From: Paramoeba atlantica
Taxonomy: Eukaryota; Protista; Discosea
Assembly (NCBI GenBank): GCA_977017575.1
Contig: CDRNVI010000156.1
Span: forward strand, 248,001-312,000
Direction: 5' to 3'
Length of the DNA: 64,000 nt
Shown: positions 25,661 through 35,640 of the stretch, in pieces
Position numbering within the stretch: position 1 is the first letter of the stretch
Layout: every line of letters starts with the position of its first letter
The notes under the pieces: model-generated
Told to the model about the DNA's origin: nothing
Database searches by the model: none
What the model saw: the letters and a program-made list of their open reading frames with translations, nothing else
Position numbers and translations under genes: made by a program

Positions 25661-25837
25661 TATGCAGTTCCTCCAGCCCCAACTCCATTCTCAATCCAAT
25701 GTTGTGTCTTCATCCAACAATACACACACGAGAAAACCTGTGTCCCTCAAATGGAATGTCTTCCTCTTGACGACCATCTTCTTGTTTTATCTTTTCCTTC
25801 AAACCCTGATGGGTGTTTGAGTGGATGTCAATCATAA
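20434..25837 (+). CDS. Double pseudoprotease 5: S8/P unit A - PT linker - S8/P unit B - six-Cys module; multi-exon
   Basis: MRGNLFSLDIIFF signal; DPLYETAWNLH; [16 protein letters not shown]; the P-domain ends ITLHTF and runs in frame through PTPTPT...[16 protein letters not shown] (ORF 22567-23040) into a second complete S8/P unit; ends CLSGCQS*. Confidence 0.8.
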
Positions 25838-25959
25838 TAAATGGAAAAATTATCAGTTTACAAAAAAGATTGGTTTTTTATCCTAATTTTTGTCATTCAA
25901 CAGCTCACTCTTTTGGTGAACTACTTTTTTAATGAAAAAATTGCCATGGCCATCAGACT

Positions 25960-26895
25960 CTATTTCCTACAACCGAGAAGGCATTCATGACTTTCTGCGG
26001 GAAAGACCATCAGTAACGCGTAGCCATCGTATGGAGGACAATAATCATCTTTTCGTGGAAAACATCGTTTGGCGTTTGTTGAGAATTCTAAATAAACACA
26101 ACATCGAACAAAAGCAAAGGGAGTTGGCGTTGGTGTCGGCGTTGGTGTTGGTGTTGGTGGTGGAATTGGAGTTGGGGTTGGTGTTGGGGTTGGGGTTGGA
26201 GTTGGTGTTGGAGTTGGGATGGATGTTGGGGTTGGTGTTGGTGTTGGAGTTGGTGTTGGCGTTGGGGTTGGGATTGGAGTGGGTGTAGGAATTGGAGATG
26301 GGCTTGGAGTTGGAGTTGGTGTTGGAGTTGGCGTTGGTGATGGGCTTGGAGTTGGAGAAGGAATTGGAGTTGGCGTTGGGGATGGTGATGGTGTTGGAGT
26401 TGGTGAGGGAACTGGAGGAGTTGGTGTCGGAGATGGAGTCGGGCTTGGGCTTCTACTTGGTGTTGGTGATGGTGTTGGAGTTGGTGTCGGTGTTGGGCTT
26501 GGACTTGGACTTGGGGTTGGGGTTGGGGTTGGTGTTGGTGTTGGGCTTGGGCTTGGTGCTGGAGTTGGTGTTGGTGTTGGGCTTGGGCTTGGGCTTGGAG
26601 TTGGAGTTGGGGTTGGTGTTGGGGTCGGAGATGGCGTGGGACTTGGGGGAGTTGGAGTTGGGGTTGGACTTGGTGCTAGGCATAAGAGTTTACATTCTAG
26701 AGGAGAGAGATCTTCACTGTAAGCAAGAACCCAATCAGGTAGATCCGGACAAGCAAATTGAAACGAGACACATTCAGAAGTGGAGAGATTCTTTTGGTGA
26801 GCATAGAGGCAACAATGCGAAACAATCTCAGATCTAACAGAGAGACAAAGAATGAATCCAAGAAGAAAAAAGAAGGAGGTTTTTAGTCCTCTCAT
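25960..26895 (-). CDS. Secreted protein: signal peptide + six-Cys module + PT/PS stalk + six-Cys module
   Basis: 311-aa single ORF: [22 protein letters not shown]...CCLYAH...C...(PT)n...CCVYLEF...CLLGCRK*. Confidence 0.9.
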   Translation of the reverse strand: MRGLKTSFFFLLGFILCLSVRSEIVSHCCLYAHQKNLSTSECVSFQFACPDLPDWVLAYSEDLSPLECKLLCLAPSPTPTPTPPSPTPSPTPTPTPTPTPSPSPSPTPTPTPAPSPSPTPTPTPTPTPSPSPSPTPTPTPTPSPTPSRSPSPTPSPTPTPPVPSPTPTPSPSPTPTPIPSPTPSPSPTPTPTPTPTPSPSPIPTPTPIPTPTPTPTPTPTPTPTSIPTPTPTPTPTPTPTPTPIPPPTPTPTPTPTPTPFAFVRCCVYLEFSTNAKRCFPRKDDYCPPYDGYALLMVFPAESHECLLGCRK

Positions 26896-27115
26896 AAGAC
26901 ACCAACACCACGAACGCCCAACCCGAAAAACGCGAAAAGAATGAATTTTGTCGAAAAAAATCTCAAAAGTCGATTTTCACGCGAAACGACTTCCTGTTGT
27001 CGAGAGGTCTCTTTCTTGGTTATTCATTTTGACTTGTGGACTTTCTTTGGAAAATTATTTTTGAAAGACATTAGAAATCAAAAATCAATTCAGTTTTAAT
27101 AAAATTATATTTTTT

Positions 27116-27940
27116 TCAACCACAAGCACGGTTACATGTATCTCTATCACCTGAGAACATTGAGACTAATGTTGTTCCGGTCATACTTGGACAACCAGGT
27201 GAGACGAAGGAAAAACACTGCTTCACTCCATTTGCGTGTGTATAAACACAACAAGTATATACAAGAAAAGGAGATGGTGTTGGTAGTGGTGTTGGTGTTG
27301 GTGTTGGTGAGGGAATTGGACCTGATGAATAGCACCGTTCAATACACTCCTTTTTCGAGACAGAAAGAACGTAAAGGTAATCCCATCCTGAAAGTTCAGG
27401 GCACTGCCAATTATCCCAAACGAGGCATTGTGTTACTGCTGTATTTGCTTGAAATTGGTAATTACAACAGGGTTTCACAGCAATAGGAGTTGGTGTTGGT
27501 GATGGGAAAGGAGAAGGGGATGGAGATGGAGATGGCGTTGGTGTTGGTGTTGGAGTTGGGGATGGAGAAGGGGATGGAGTTGGTGTTGGTGTTGGCGTTG
27601 GGGTTGGAGTTGGAGTTGGGGTTGGTGTCGGGGTTGGAGTTGGTGAGGGCGTTGGGGTTGGTGTTGGACTTGGAGTTGGAGTTGGAGAGGGCGTTGGTGG
27701 GAAGCAAAGCTCCAGGCAACTTGCTGAGGAGATAGAATCTCGGTAAACCAAATGCCAAAAGGGAAGAGAGGGGCAACCCTCAAAAGTTTCGAAAACGAGG
27801 CATTGCTGAATGGTAATATCTTTTTCACTCACATAAACACAGCAATTTTGGATGCGAGTCGAATTTGAATTTGGAGTTGAAGAGACCACAGATATTGCAA
27901 ATCCCAGAAGAAGAAAGGAGAGGAGGACTTTCACCTCCAT
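27116..27940 (-). CDS. Secreted protein: signal peptide + three six-Cys modules separated by PT stalks
   Basis: 274-aa single ORF: [21 protein letters not shown]...CCVYV...CCNYQ...CCVYT...CNRACG*. Confidence 0.9.
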   Translation of the reverse strand: MEVKVLLSFLLLGFAISVVSSTPNSNSTRIQNCCVYVSEKDITIQQCLVFETFEGCPSLPFWHLVYRDSISSASCLELCFPPTPSPTPTPSPTPTPTPSPTPTPTPTPTPTPTPTPTPTPTPSPSPSPTPTPTPTPSPSPSPSPFPSPTPTPIAVKPCCNYQFQANTAVTQCLVWDNWQCPELSGWDYLYVLSVSKKECIERCYSSGPIPSPTPTPTPLPTPSPFLVYTCCVYTHANGVKQCFSFVSPGCPSMTGTTLVSMFSGDRDTCNRACG

Positions 27941-28115
27941 CCTTCTTCTCTCGCCTCTTCTGTTCTCTCAAAACGCCAGACAAAGCCGCACGAGAGAACA
28001 AGAAAAAGCAGAAAAAGTGTTGCTTCAAATTTAGTGCCCTTTTTTTTGGCTTTTTTATTGTTTTCTTCTTTGTCTTGTGTGTTGGCATTGTGAGGAAAGA
28101 TTATTCTTTTTCTTT

Positions 28116-31100
28116 TTACTCACAGCCACTCATACAACGATCAAAACTTGCTTCAAAAGCTATTGAGAGGGTATACCCTTCAAAATAGTGACAATAGGAT
28201 TGAGGAACGCACATTCGATGATAAGTTTCAGAATGAACATACACACAACATTTCAGGTTGTAGGGCGTTGGGGTTGGTGTTGGAGTTGGAAATGGAGTTG
28301 GAGTTGGTGAAGGAGTTGGTGTTGGTGATGGAGTTGGAATTGATGTTGGTGTTGGAGTTGGATGTGGAGTTGGAGTTGGAGTGGGGGTTGGAAAGGGAAG
28401 TGGTGAAGGTGTTGGAGTTGGAGTTGGTAGAGGGGTTGGTGCTGTGGTTGGTGTTGGCGTGGGAACTGAAGTTGGAATTGGTGTTGGAGTTGGAGTTGGG
28501 ATTGGAATTGGAACTGGAGTTGGTGTTGGAACTGGAAGTGGAGTGGGAGACGGTGCTGCGGTTGGAGTTGGTGATGGGGTTGGGGTAGGTGATGGGGGAG
28601 GATAATAATAATGGAAGGTGTGAAAGGAGACTAATAGGGATCGAAGAGTTCCTGCGTCATTGACTTCTTCATCAGAAATTACCATCGTCCATTTTCCTAT
28701 TTATTGAAAAAAATATCTCATTTCACCAAGAACTTTAAATGACATGAAAAAAGAGAATAGAAAACCTGGAACTGATTCTCCCCAATGTTTCACTGTTGTG
28801 AACTTCCAATGCTCAAAACTCACATCTGGTTTCACAAAACTATTCTTCAAAGTAAATGTATTTTCTGGAGAAATTGTGATTTTGTTGGTGAGTCTTGAAT
28901 ATGAATACGAAGACACCCGAAATATGGGGATTGTTGTTGTAACTTCGTTGTAAACATCCATCGAATCGGGACCATTTTCTACAACAAAAAAAGTAAATGT
29001 GGGCCAGATAATATCGAAAAAATTCAACACAAAAAAATTGTACCAATAAAGATCAAATTAGGTCGGCCAGCCCCTTCAATGATATTTGCGATTTGAACAA
29101 CTGAAGTACAATTGTCTATTTCAGGTAACAGTAAAATAGCAATTTCGCTGTGAGAACTATTTGTATTTTTGGTGAGAAAAAAGACTCTCCTGTCACAAGA
29201 GAAAGAAGTCATACCCGAACGAAAAAGGGTTCAGAAAACAGGAGGATTTGACACAACAAGCTCCCTATTTGAAAACCGCTTGAGTTTTTTAGCAGAGAAA
29301 CAAAAAGAATATGAGAAAAAAACAACCTCAGAAATGGGAATATAAAAAGATGAATAACGTGGTTCTTGACCAACTGCATAACCCGCAGCTCCTACAAAAT
29401 AATCAAATAAATACAACAATCCCAATCCCACTTTCTGAAGAGAAAAGGCTTACCATCATTTTGGACCTTCAATCCAAATTGATATGGGGCTCCTCCTTCA
29501 AATTCCATGAAACCTCTCTTTAATGGAGAATTTGGTTGTTCAATAACACGAGGAGAAGCCAATTCACTCTTTGTTCCAGAAGGTGAAATTAAAATTAATC
29601 TGAGATCTCCAGCAGTTCGATGTTCGATTTGTGTTTCCACAGTCACATAATCAATTAGACTTGTACTTGGTACATTCTTAATCGATATTGAAACCGAAAT
29701 ATTTCCACCATAACTTGGGATCCGTTGATTTGGATTTTTTGATTCTTTGATAATCTAGATTCAATTGCTTAGGACACTAAATAGACAGCAAAAATCAAAT
29801 ACAAAAGAAAGAAAAGTTTACAGTTCCATCCACAAGACGAGTCCAACTTCGAGAACCAGCTGCTGATTTCACTGCTTTGTCAGCGTTCACTTTTCCAAAT
29901 CCCAACTTCACAAAAATTGTTCAAAAATAGTATTTCGTAGGAAATAAGAGAATGAAAAAGAACCACAGGATGATGCAAAAATCGGGGCCCAATGGGTGTT
30001 GCGGTTTCAACCAAAATGTGAGCAATTTCTCTGTGTGTTAATTTTCTTGGGCTTGCTTCCATCATCAATCCAATCACTCCAGCTGTTTATTTTCATTTTT
30101 TTAATTAAAAGCAAAAGAAAAAAATAAATGAAAAAGAGAAACCAATTTGAGCTGAAGCAAATTGAGGTCCACCTCGCATTAAACATTCATCATACTCTCC
30201 AAATGCAACAGGAATTCCTTTCTCATCATCACCACCTGGCCCTGAAACAAGCTTTTTTTCCCCAAAAAAGAATTTTTTCAAAAAAAAAATGAGAAATTGA
30301 TAAAAGAGAGAAGAGAGAATCAAAAGAAAGAACAAAAAAAGAAAATGAAAAAATTACCACTGAAGGACAGATTGGAGAAGAAGAAGAAGGAGTATTTTGA
30401 AAAGTATGAGAACTAACTGTGATGATGTGTGGAGAATTGGAGTACAAATCATAATTACAATTCCAATTTTCTCCTCCACTCCCTTTTTTGTATTTTTTTA
30501 ATTGAGATTTCCAAAATTAAAAACCAACTTTTTTTTTGGTGATTTTGAAAGCAAAAAAAAGGGGGAACCTGAAGAAGAAACCAATACTTTGTTTTGATTT
30601 ACAAACATTTCAGCATTCTCCCAACATGTTTCACCTGTTTCATTTTTTTTAAAATTTTCACCAATAAGAGTGATATGTAGATTCACTTGCAAAACAAAAA
30701 TCAAAAGAAAAAAGAAAGAAAAAGCAAACAAAAAGTGTTGTTAATCTCAGGATCAGTTCCTTCAATGTTCAAGAGTACAACGTCTGCGTAATCTGCTCTT
30801 CTCTCTCTCAAAAGATTGAGACCATTTGCTGCCTGTTTCATCATTGAAAACTTTTCTTTTAAAAAGAGAAACAAAAAAAAATGACCTGTGGTCCTGTTTG
30901 AATGATGAAGAAGGAAGATGAAGGAGCAGTTCCACGAGAACAAACATTGTTTCCAGAATTTCCCAAAGCTGCTGACAGAATTGCAGTTGTTTTTTGCGAG
31001 ATATATGAATTATTAATGTCTTGCTTTAAAGTTTGTCGGTTTTGAAACTCCAAATGAGAAAAATGTGGGGTACGATGTCCAATTCCAATAACAATTCCTG

Positions 31101-33903
31101 TTGTTTGTGTTATTCTCTGACTCATCTATCATCATTTATTGTTTGAAAATCTACCTGATCCACTGATTCCTCTCTCCCAAACTGGTTCCACATTCAAATG
31201 TGCTTGAGAAACAAAAAAAGAAATTAGAACGGTGTCGAAAAGGATTGAGTTTGGAGATTACCTGAGGGAGCTTCTTCTGTTTCATGTAAATTCCAAGCAT
31301 TTATATACTCCAGATCGAATCCGACCTTTGGGGGTGGGATTGGGCTCGGGATTGGAGTCGGAACTGGCGTTGGAGTCGGAGTTGGAGTTGGAGTAGGAGT
31401 TGGGGATGGGCTTGGTGTTGGTGTTGGGCTGGGTATTGGGGTTGGGGTTGGGGTTGGAGGTGGAGTTGGTGTTGGTGAGGGAGATGGGAAAAACGGATGA
31501 TCGATGATTTTAAAGGTGTGAAGCGTGATTTCGAGACTCTTAAGGACTCCTTCATCTCCTGAAAACTCATCTGAAATTTTGAGAACCCATTCCCCTATTC
31601 AAAGTTAACATTTTTTGCTTGAAAGAAGATGAAAAGTTGTCAACAAACCTTTGGCTTGTTCCATCCAATTTTTCGTTGTTGAAAACCCAAAAGGTTCGAA
31701 ACTAGCTAAATTAACTTTTTCTCTGCCCCCGTTTCTTGGGGAGACAAATGTGGTTTGTGTTCCAGATGGTGATAACAAGGAAATTTTCAAATCCCCTGGT
31801 GCTGAATGGGGGAGATCCACTTTGAGGGAGACCTGTTACAAGAAAAGTAAACCAAATTGAACAGAAGGAATGTCAGCAAAGTGAAAGTTGAATCACCCAA
31901 TCAACTCGAATATCATCATCAGCGGTACAAGGGAGCTTAAAATCAATGGTCTCATAGTCATGAATTTCAACACGTGGGGTCATCTTCAATTTAAGTGGCT
32001 GAAATCAAAGAAATATAAGTTTGGAATTTGATTTCGCCAGAAAAAGAAAAATGGCCAACCACTGCAGTGTTTTTGACATAAGTGCGATGGAGAATACCAG
32101 CAGCCATTTGAACAGCTTTTCCAGCATTAATATTTCCAAATCCAATCTAACCTCTTTCTGTGAGGAAAAACTGTGGAGAAATAACAACAAACAACAAAAA
32201 CAAATATAGGAATTTAAAAAAAAATAAAAAACCCTCTCATCAAAATAATATCCTGCTCCGTTTTTACTCAGCTTGGTTTTTGAAATTAAAAAATCAGCTG
32301 TGTCAACTAAAATATGTGCAATCTCTCTTGGAGTCAACATTGGATTTGTTTCGAGCATTAATGCAATTACTCCAGCTAAGAACCAAAAATTAAATGGGAT
32401 ATGAAAAAGAGAAGATTAGAAAAAAGAACCTGCTTGAGAAGCTGCATATTGCCCACCAATTTGTTCAGTACAAGCGAGACCGCTCCCAGATGCAACATTG
32501 ATTCCAATCTTTGATCCAACAGGAACTGAAACAAGCTAACCAACAAAAATTATCAAACAATCACAATAAAAAAAAAATAAACATCTTTAATTTAACTTTC
32601 GAAACTTTGAGGCTCTTTTTTCAAAACAAAGAAAATAATAAGATTGAAAAAGAAAAGAAAAATTAAAATACCACATTGGCACATGTTTCAGTAAACAAAC
32701 TTGGTTTACCTCCAGGTTCATGAGCACCAACTGTAATTCTGAGTGGTGCATTGGAATACATGTCATAGTTGCAATTATCTTCTTCATTTCCATTTCCTTT
32801 TTTTTGTAATTTTTTTTAATACAACTTTTGTTCAATCCAGTCCCAAAAAACTCCGAAAAAAAAGAAAAAAGAACAAAACCTGCAAATCCAACAACAACTT
32901 TTTTTTGATTGAAAAGATTTTCAACTCTTTTCCAACATTTTTCACCTAAAAAGTTTCCTGGTCAAAACAAATTTCCAAAAAGAGAATGAAAAATCAACAA
33001 ACATGGAACATGAACATTTGGCCCATTCAAAGCAGTAAAATCAATCACAAAAATATCAGCATCTTTTCCATTCTCTAAAAAAGAGTAATCCAATAATGCC
33101 TATTTCACACTCAATATTCCTTTCTTGTTCAAAGAAAGGGAAGAGGAAATCTCTCTAAACAAACAAAAACCTCTTTTCCAGTTTGAGTAATAGCATATTT
33201 GGAATTATAAGCGACCCCTCTACTACAAACTCGATTGAAACCTTCCCCAACAGCAGCTGCGATGACTGAAGTTTTTAAGTCTGAAATCATATCGAGTGGA
33301 ATATCGACTGTCGACTCCTGTTTGATGAAAAGAAATGAATTCGAGAGAAAAATCCTCTTATTTCATCATTTCTTTTTTCTCAGACAAATTTTCTGATCTC
33401 ATCCTCTTCTTTTTTCAAAAGATCAAGAATGAAATCAAACCAAATTCATACGTTCTGAGAGATCATAATGACCAGGAGGGCTTTGATACCCAAACCCAAT
33501 GATCAAGCCTGAAACAAAAACAATGAGAAGAGTTAAAAGGAAAAGAAGAAAGGAAATGGACCGAATCCTGTGGCGCCAAGAGACCAAGCAGTCTCAATGT
33601 TCATGTGACCTTTAAAAAAATATTCAACAGACTCAAAGACAAAAAGAAAAACGAAACGAAGAAAAGAGAGGAGATTGTTTGTTTGGAAACAACAACGAAG
33701 AAAGAAAGAAAAAGAAAATTCCAAAGACCATGAGGGTACTTTTCAGTTTCATGGAGATTCCAAGCAGAATCGTACAAGGGGTCCACATGCCCAAAACCTA
33801 ACCCCCGATTGTTCTCTGTTTTCCCTCCATCAACATCGAAATTGATCTTTCCTTCAATTTGGAGGAGAAAAACACCAAGAAAGATCAGAGAAAGGGATAG
33901 CAT
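28116..33903 (-). CDS. Double pseudoprotease 8: S8/P unit A - PT linker - S8/P unit B - PT stalk - six-Cys module; multi-exon
   Basis: [18 protein letters not shown] signal; [11 protein letters not shown]; [15 protein letters not shown]; in-frame linker [21 protein letters not shown]...[15 protein letters not shown]; the second unit resembles gene 4; ends RCMSGCE*. Confidence 0.8.
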
Positions 33904-34216
33904 TGAAAAGAGTCAAGAGTTGAGAGGATTCTCCTCAAAAGAAACTTTTTCCTCGTCTTTCTTCTTCCTCTCTCTCTTGTGCTCTCGCCTTTGTCTCGCT
34001 CTGTTTGTTGCTTTTTTTCCAAAAAAGGTTTTTGGGTCTTTTTTGCTGACTTAAAAAATATCTAAAAAAGGGAAAAAATTCTCTGGTATCATTTTTTCGT
34101 TGAAAGAAAGTTTTGTTTCGTTGAAATTGTCTCAGAAAAGACGCCTTTTGTTTTTTCACTTTACTTTTTCTTTTTCTTTTTTGCACTTCAAAAACAAAAG
34201 CGTGTACGTGGAAAAA

Positions 34217-35542
34217 ATGGCTGCTGAAGGCGCTCAATTGGTAACTGTGGAAGGTCATGTCGGTCCTTCCGCAGTCCTGAAAGGAATTAAAAATCAAGTT
34301 CATGTCTATTTCGAAACGGTAACAGGTGAATCTGCGGAAGAAGGCCGCCCTCCAGTCGATTTATGTCTTGTCCTGGATCGTTCTGGATCCATGAGATCGA
34401 AAAATAAGATGTCAACCGCTAAAGCTGCCATCAAAGGCCTTGTTGAAAAGTTGTCAGAAGGGGATCGATTGGCTTTGGTTGTTTATGATACAAAGGTTTC
34501 TGTTGTGATGGGTTTTGATGACTATTCTGTGACTGATATTTCTGGTATCTTTGGTTGTATTGATCGTGTTGATTGCCAAGGAACCACAAATCTTCACGGG
34601 GGATTGAAAGAAGGATTTAATTTATTCAAGAAAATTGAAGAAACTGGTGGGACAACAGGACGAAACAAGAAAATCTTCCTCTTTAGTGACGGTTTGGTGA
34701 ATGCCGGAGAGACAGATCCCACAAAAATTTGTAATTTTGTTTCAACAATCGCTGATTCTGGAATTACAGTTGATTCTTTTGGAATTGGGGATGATTTCAA
34801 TGAAGACTTAATGCAAAATATTGGAGAGTTTGGTTGTGGTCGATTTCTGTTTATCGAGTCCTCGGAGGCAATGGATCAGTTTGTTTCTTTCGCTTTGAAA
34901 GGTGTGCTCCGTTTAGTCGCTCGTCAAGCAACATTGAAAGTTCGAGGAGCAGGCCCATCAATTGCTGAGAGAGTATATGATGGAGACCTGGTGAGTGGAT
35001 TTGCCCTCAATGACCTGACAGCAAAGAATACTCGTGGTGTGTTGGTGGAAGTGTCTTGTTCTCCAAGTGCCGAAGAATCTCGAGATCGAGTGGAGTTATT
35101 GAAATGGGAGCTTGATTTCATCAATACAAATGGAGACCCTGTTTCTTTGAAAGGGACAGTGGATGTCATGGTAACTGATGATGATTCTAAACTCCCCAAA
35201 TCAAAGAATCCTGCGGTTGCTGTTGCCCTCCTGGTTCGAAGATCATCCGAAATTGACGAAAAAGCCGACGCGCTTCTCGAGAGTGGAAAAAGAAAAGAAG
35301 CTACAGCATTGAAAGAAGAATTACTGGCTGAGATGACTGAACTCTCAGTTTTGGCTCCGGATAATGTCAAGTTGAAATCTCTTCTCATCGCACAAAAGAG
35401 GTCTGTTCAGGAACTGAAAGATACTCAGACAAGTGTCAAGAAGAATCAGAAGATCAGCAAGAAGAACCAGTATCGAAATCGCCGTGATTCAATGGATTAC
35501 TGCATGAATGATATGGTTTGGGAATGTCAGAATTTGGATTAA
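34217..35542 (+). CDS. von Willebrand factor type A (VWA) domain protein, intronless
   Basis: MAAEGAQ... ORF with PVDLCLVLDRSGSM (MIDAS DxSxS), GTTNL..GL, IFLFSDGLVNAG and FGIGDDFNEDLM..I..G.G motifs. Confidence 0.9.
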   Translation: MAAEGAQLVTVEGHVGPSAVLKGIKNQVHVYFETVTGESAEEGRPPVDLCLVLDRSGSMRSKNKMSTAKAAIKGLVEKLSEGDRLALVVYDTKVSVVMGFDDYSVTDISGIFGCIDRVDCQGTTNLHGGLKEGFNLFKKIEETGGTTGRNKKIFLFSDGLVNAGETDPTKICNFVSTIADSGITVDSFGIGDDFNEDLMQNIGEFGCGRFLFIESSEAMDQFVSFALKGVLRLVARQATLKVRGAGPSIAERVYDGDLVSGFALNDLTAKNTRGVLVEVSCSPSAEESRDRVELLKWELDFINTNGDPVSLKGTVDVMVTDDDSKLPKSKNPAVAVALLVRRSSEIDEKADALLESGKRKEATALKEELLAEMTELSVLAPDNVKLKSLLIAQKRSVQELKDTQTSVKKNQKISKKNQYRNRRDSMDYCMNDMVWECQNLD

Positions 35543-35640
35543 AAAAAAAAAATAAAACTATTTTATAATTTGAGACAAAATCCTCCTTGTAATCTAAAAT
35601 GGGAGAATTCGTGGAAAGGACGTTTATTTTCAAAAAAGCA

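Larger units (their letters stand above)
20434..33903. repeat. Inverted segmental duplication: gene 5 (+, 20434-25837) vs gene 8 (-, 28116-33903), with two small genes as spacer
   Basis: Reverse-complement near-identity including introns, e.g. 23537-23770 vs 30498-30731 and 21460-21560 vs 32700-32800. Confidence 0.85.

Noticed and set aside
3895-28605. Long alternative-frame ORFs rich in GV, QL/QH, NS/NT or LELV repeats over the PT tracts
   Set aside because: These are shadow frames of the (Pro-Thr)n hexamer repeats, which lack stops in several frames. Only the PT frame is flanked by signal peptides and Cys modules.
3830-33903. Interpreting the S8 genes as active furin/kexin convertases or as decayed pseudogenes
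   Set aside because: All three catalytic residues are substituted in every domain, so they are not active. I found no stops or frameshifts in the exons I traced, and splice sites and signal peptides are intact, so they are not obvious pseudogenes. Not every exon was verified.
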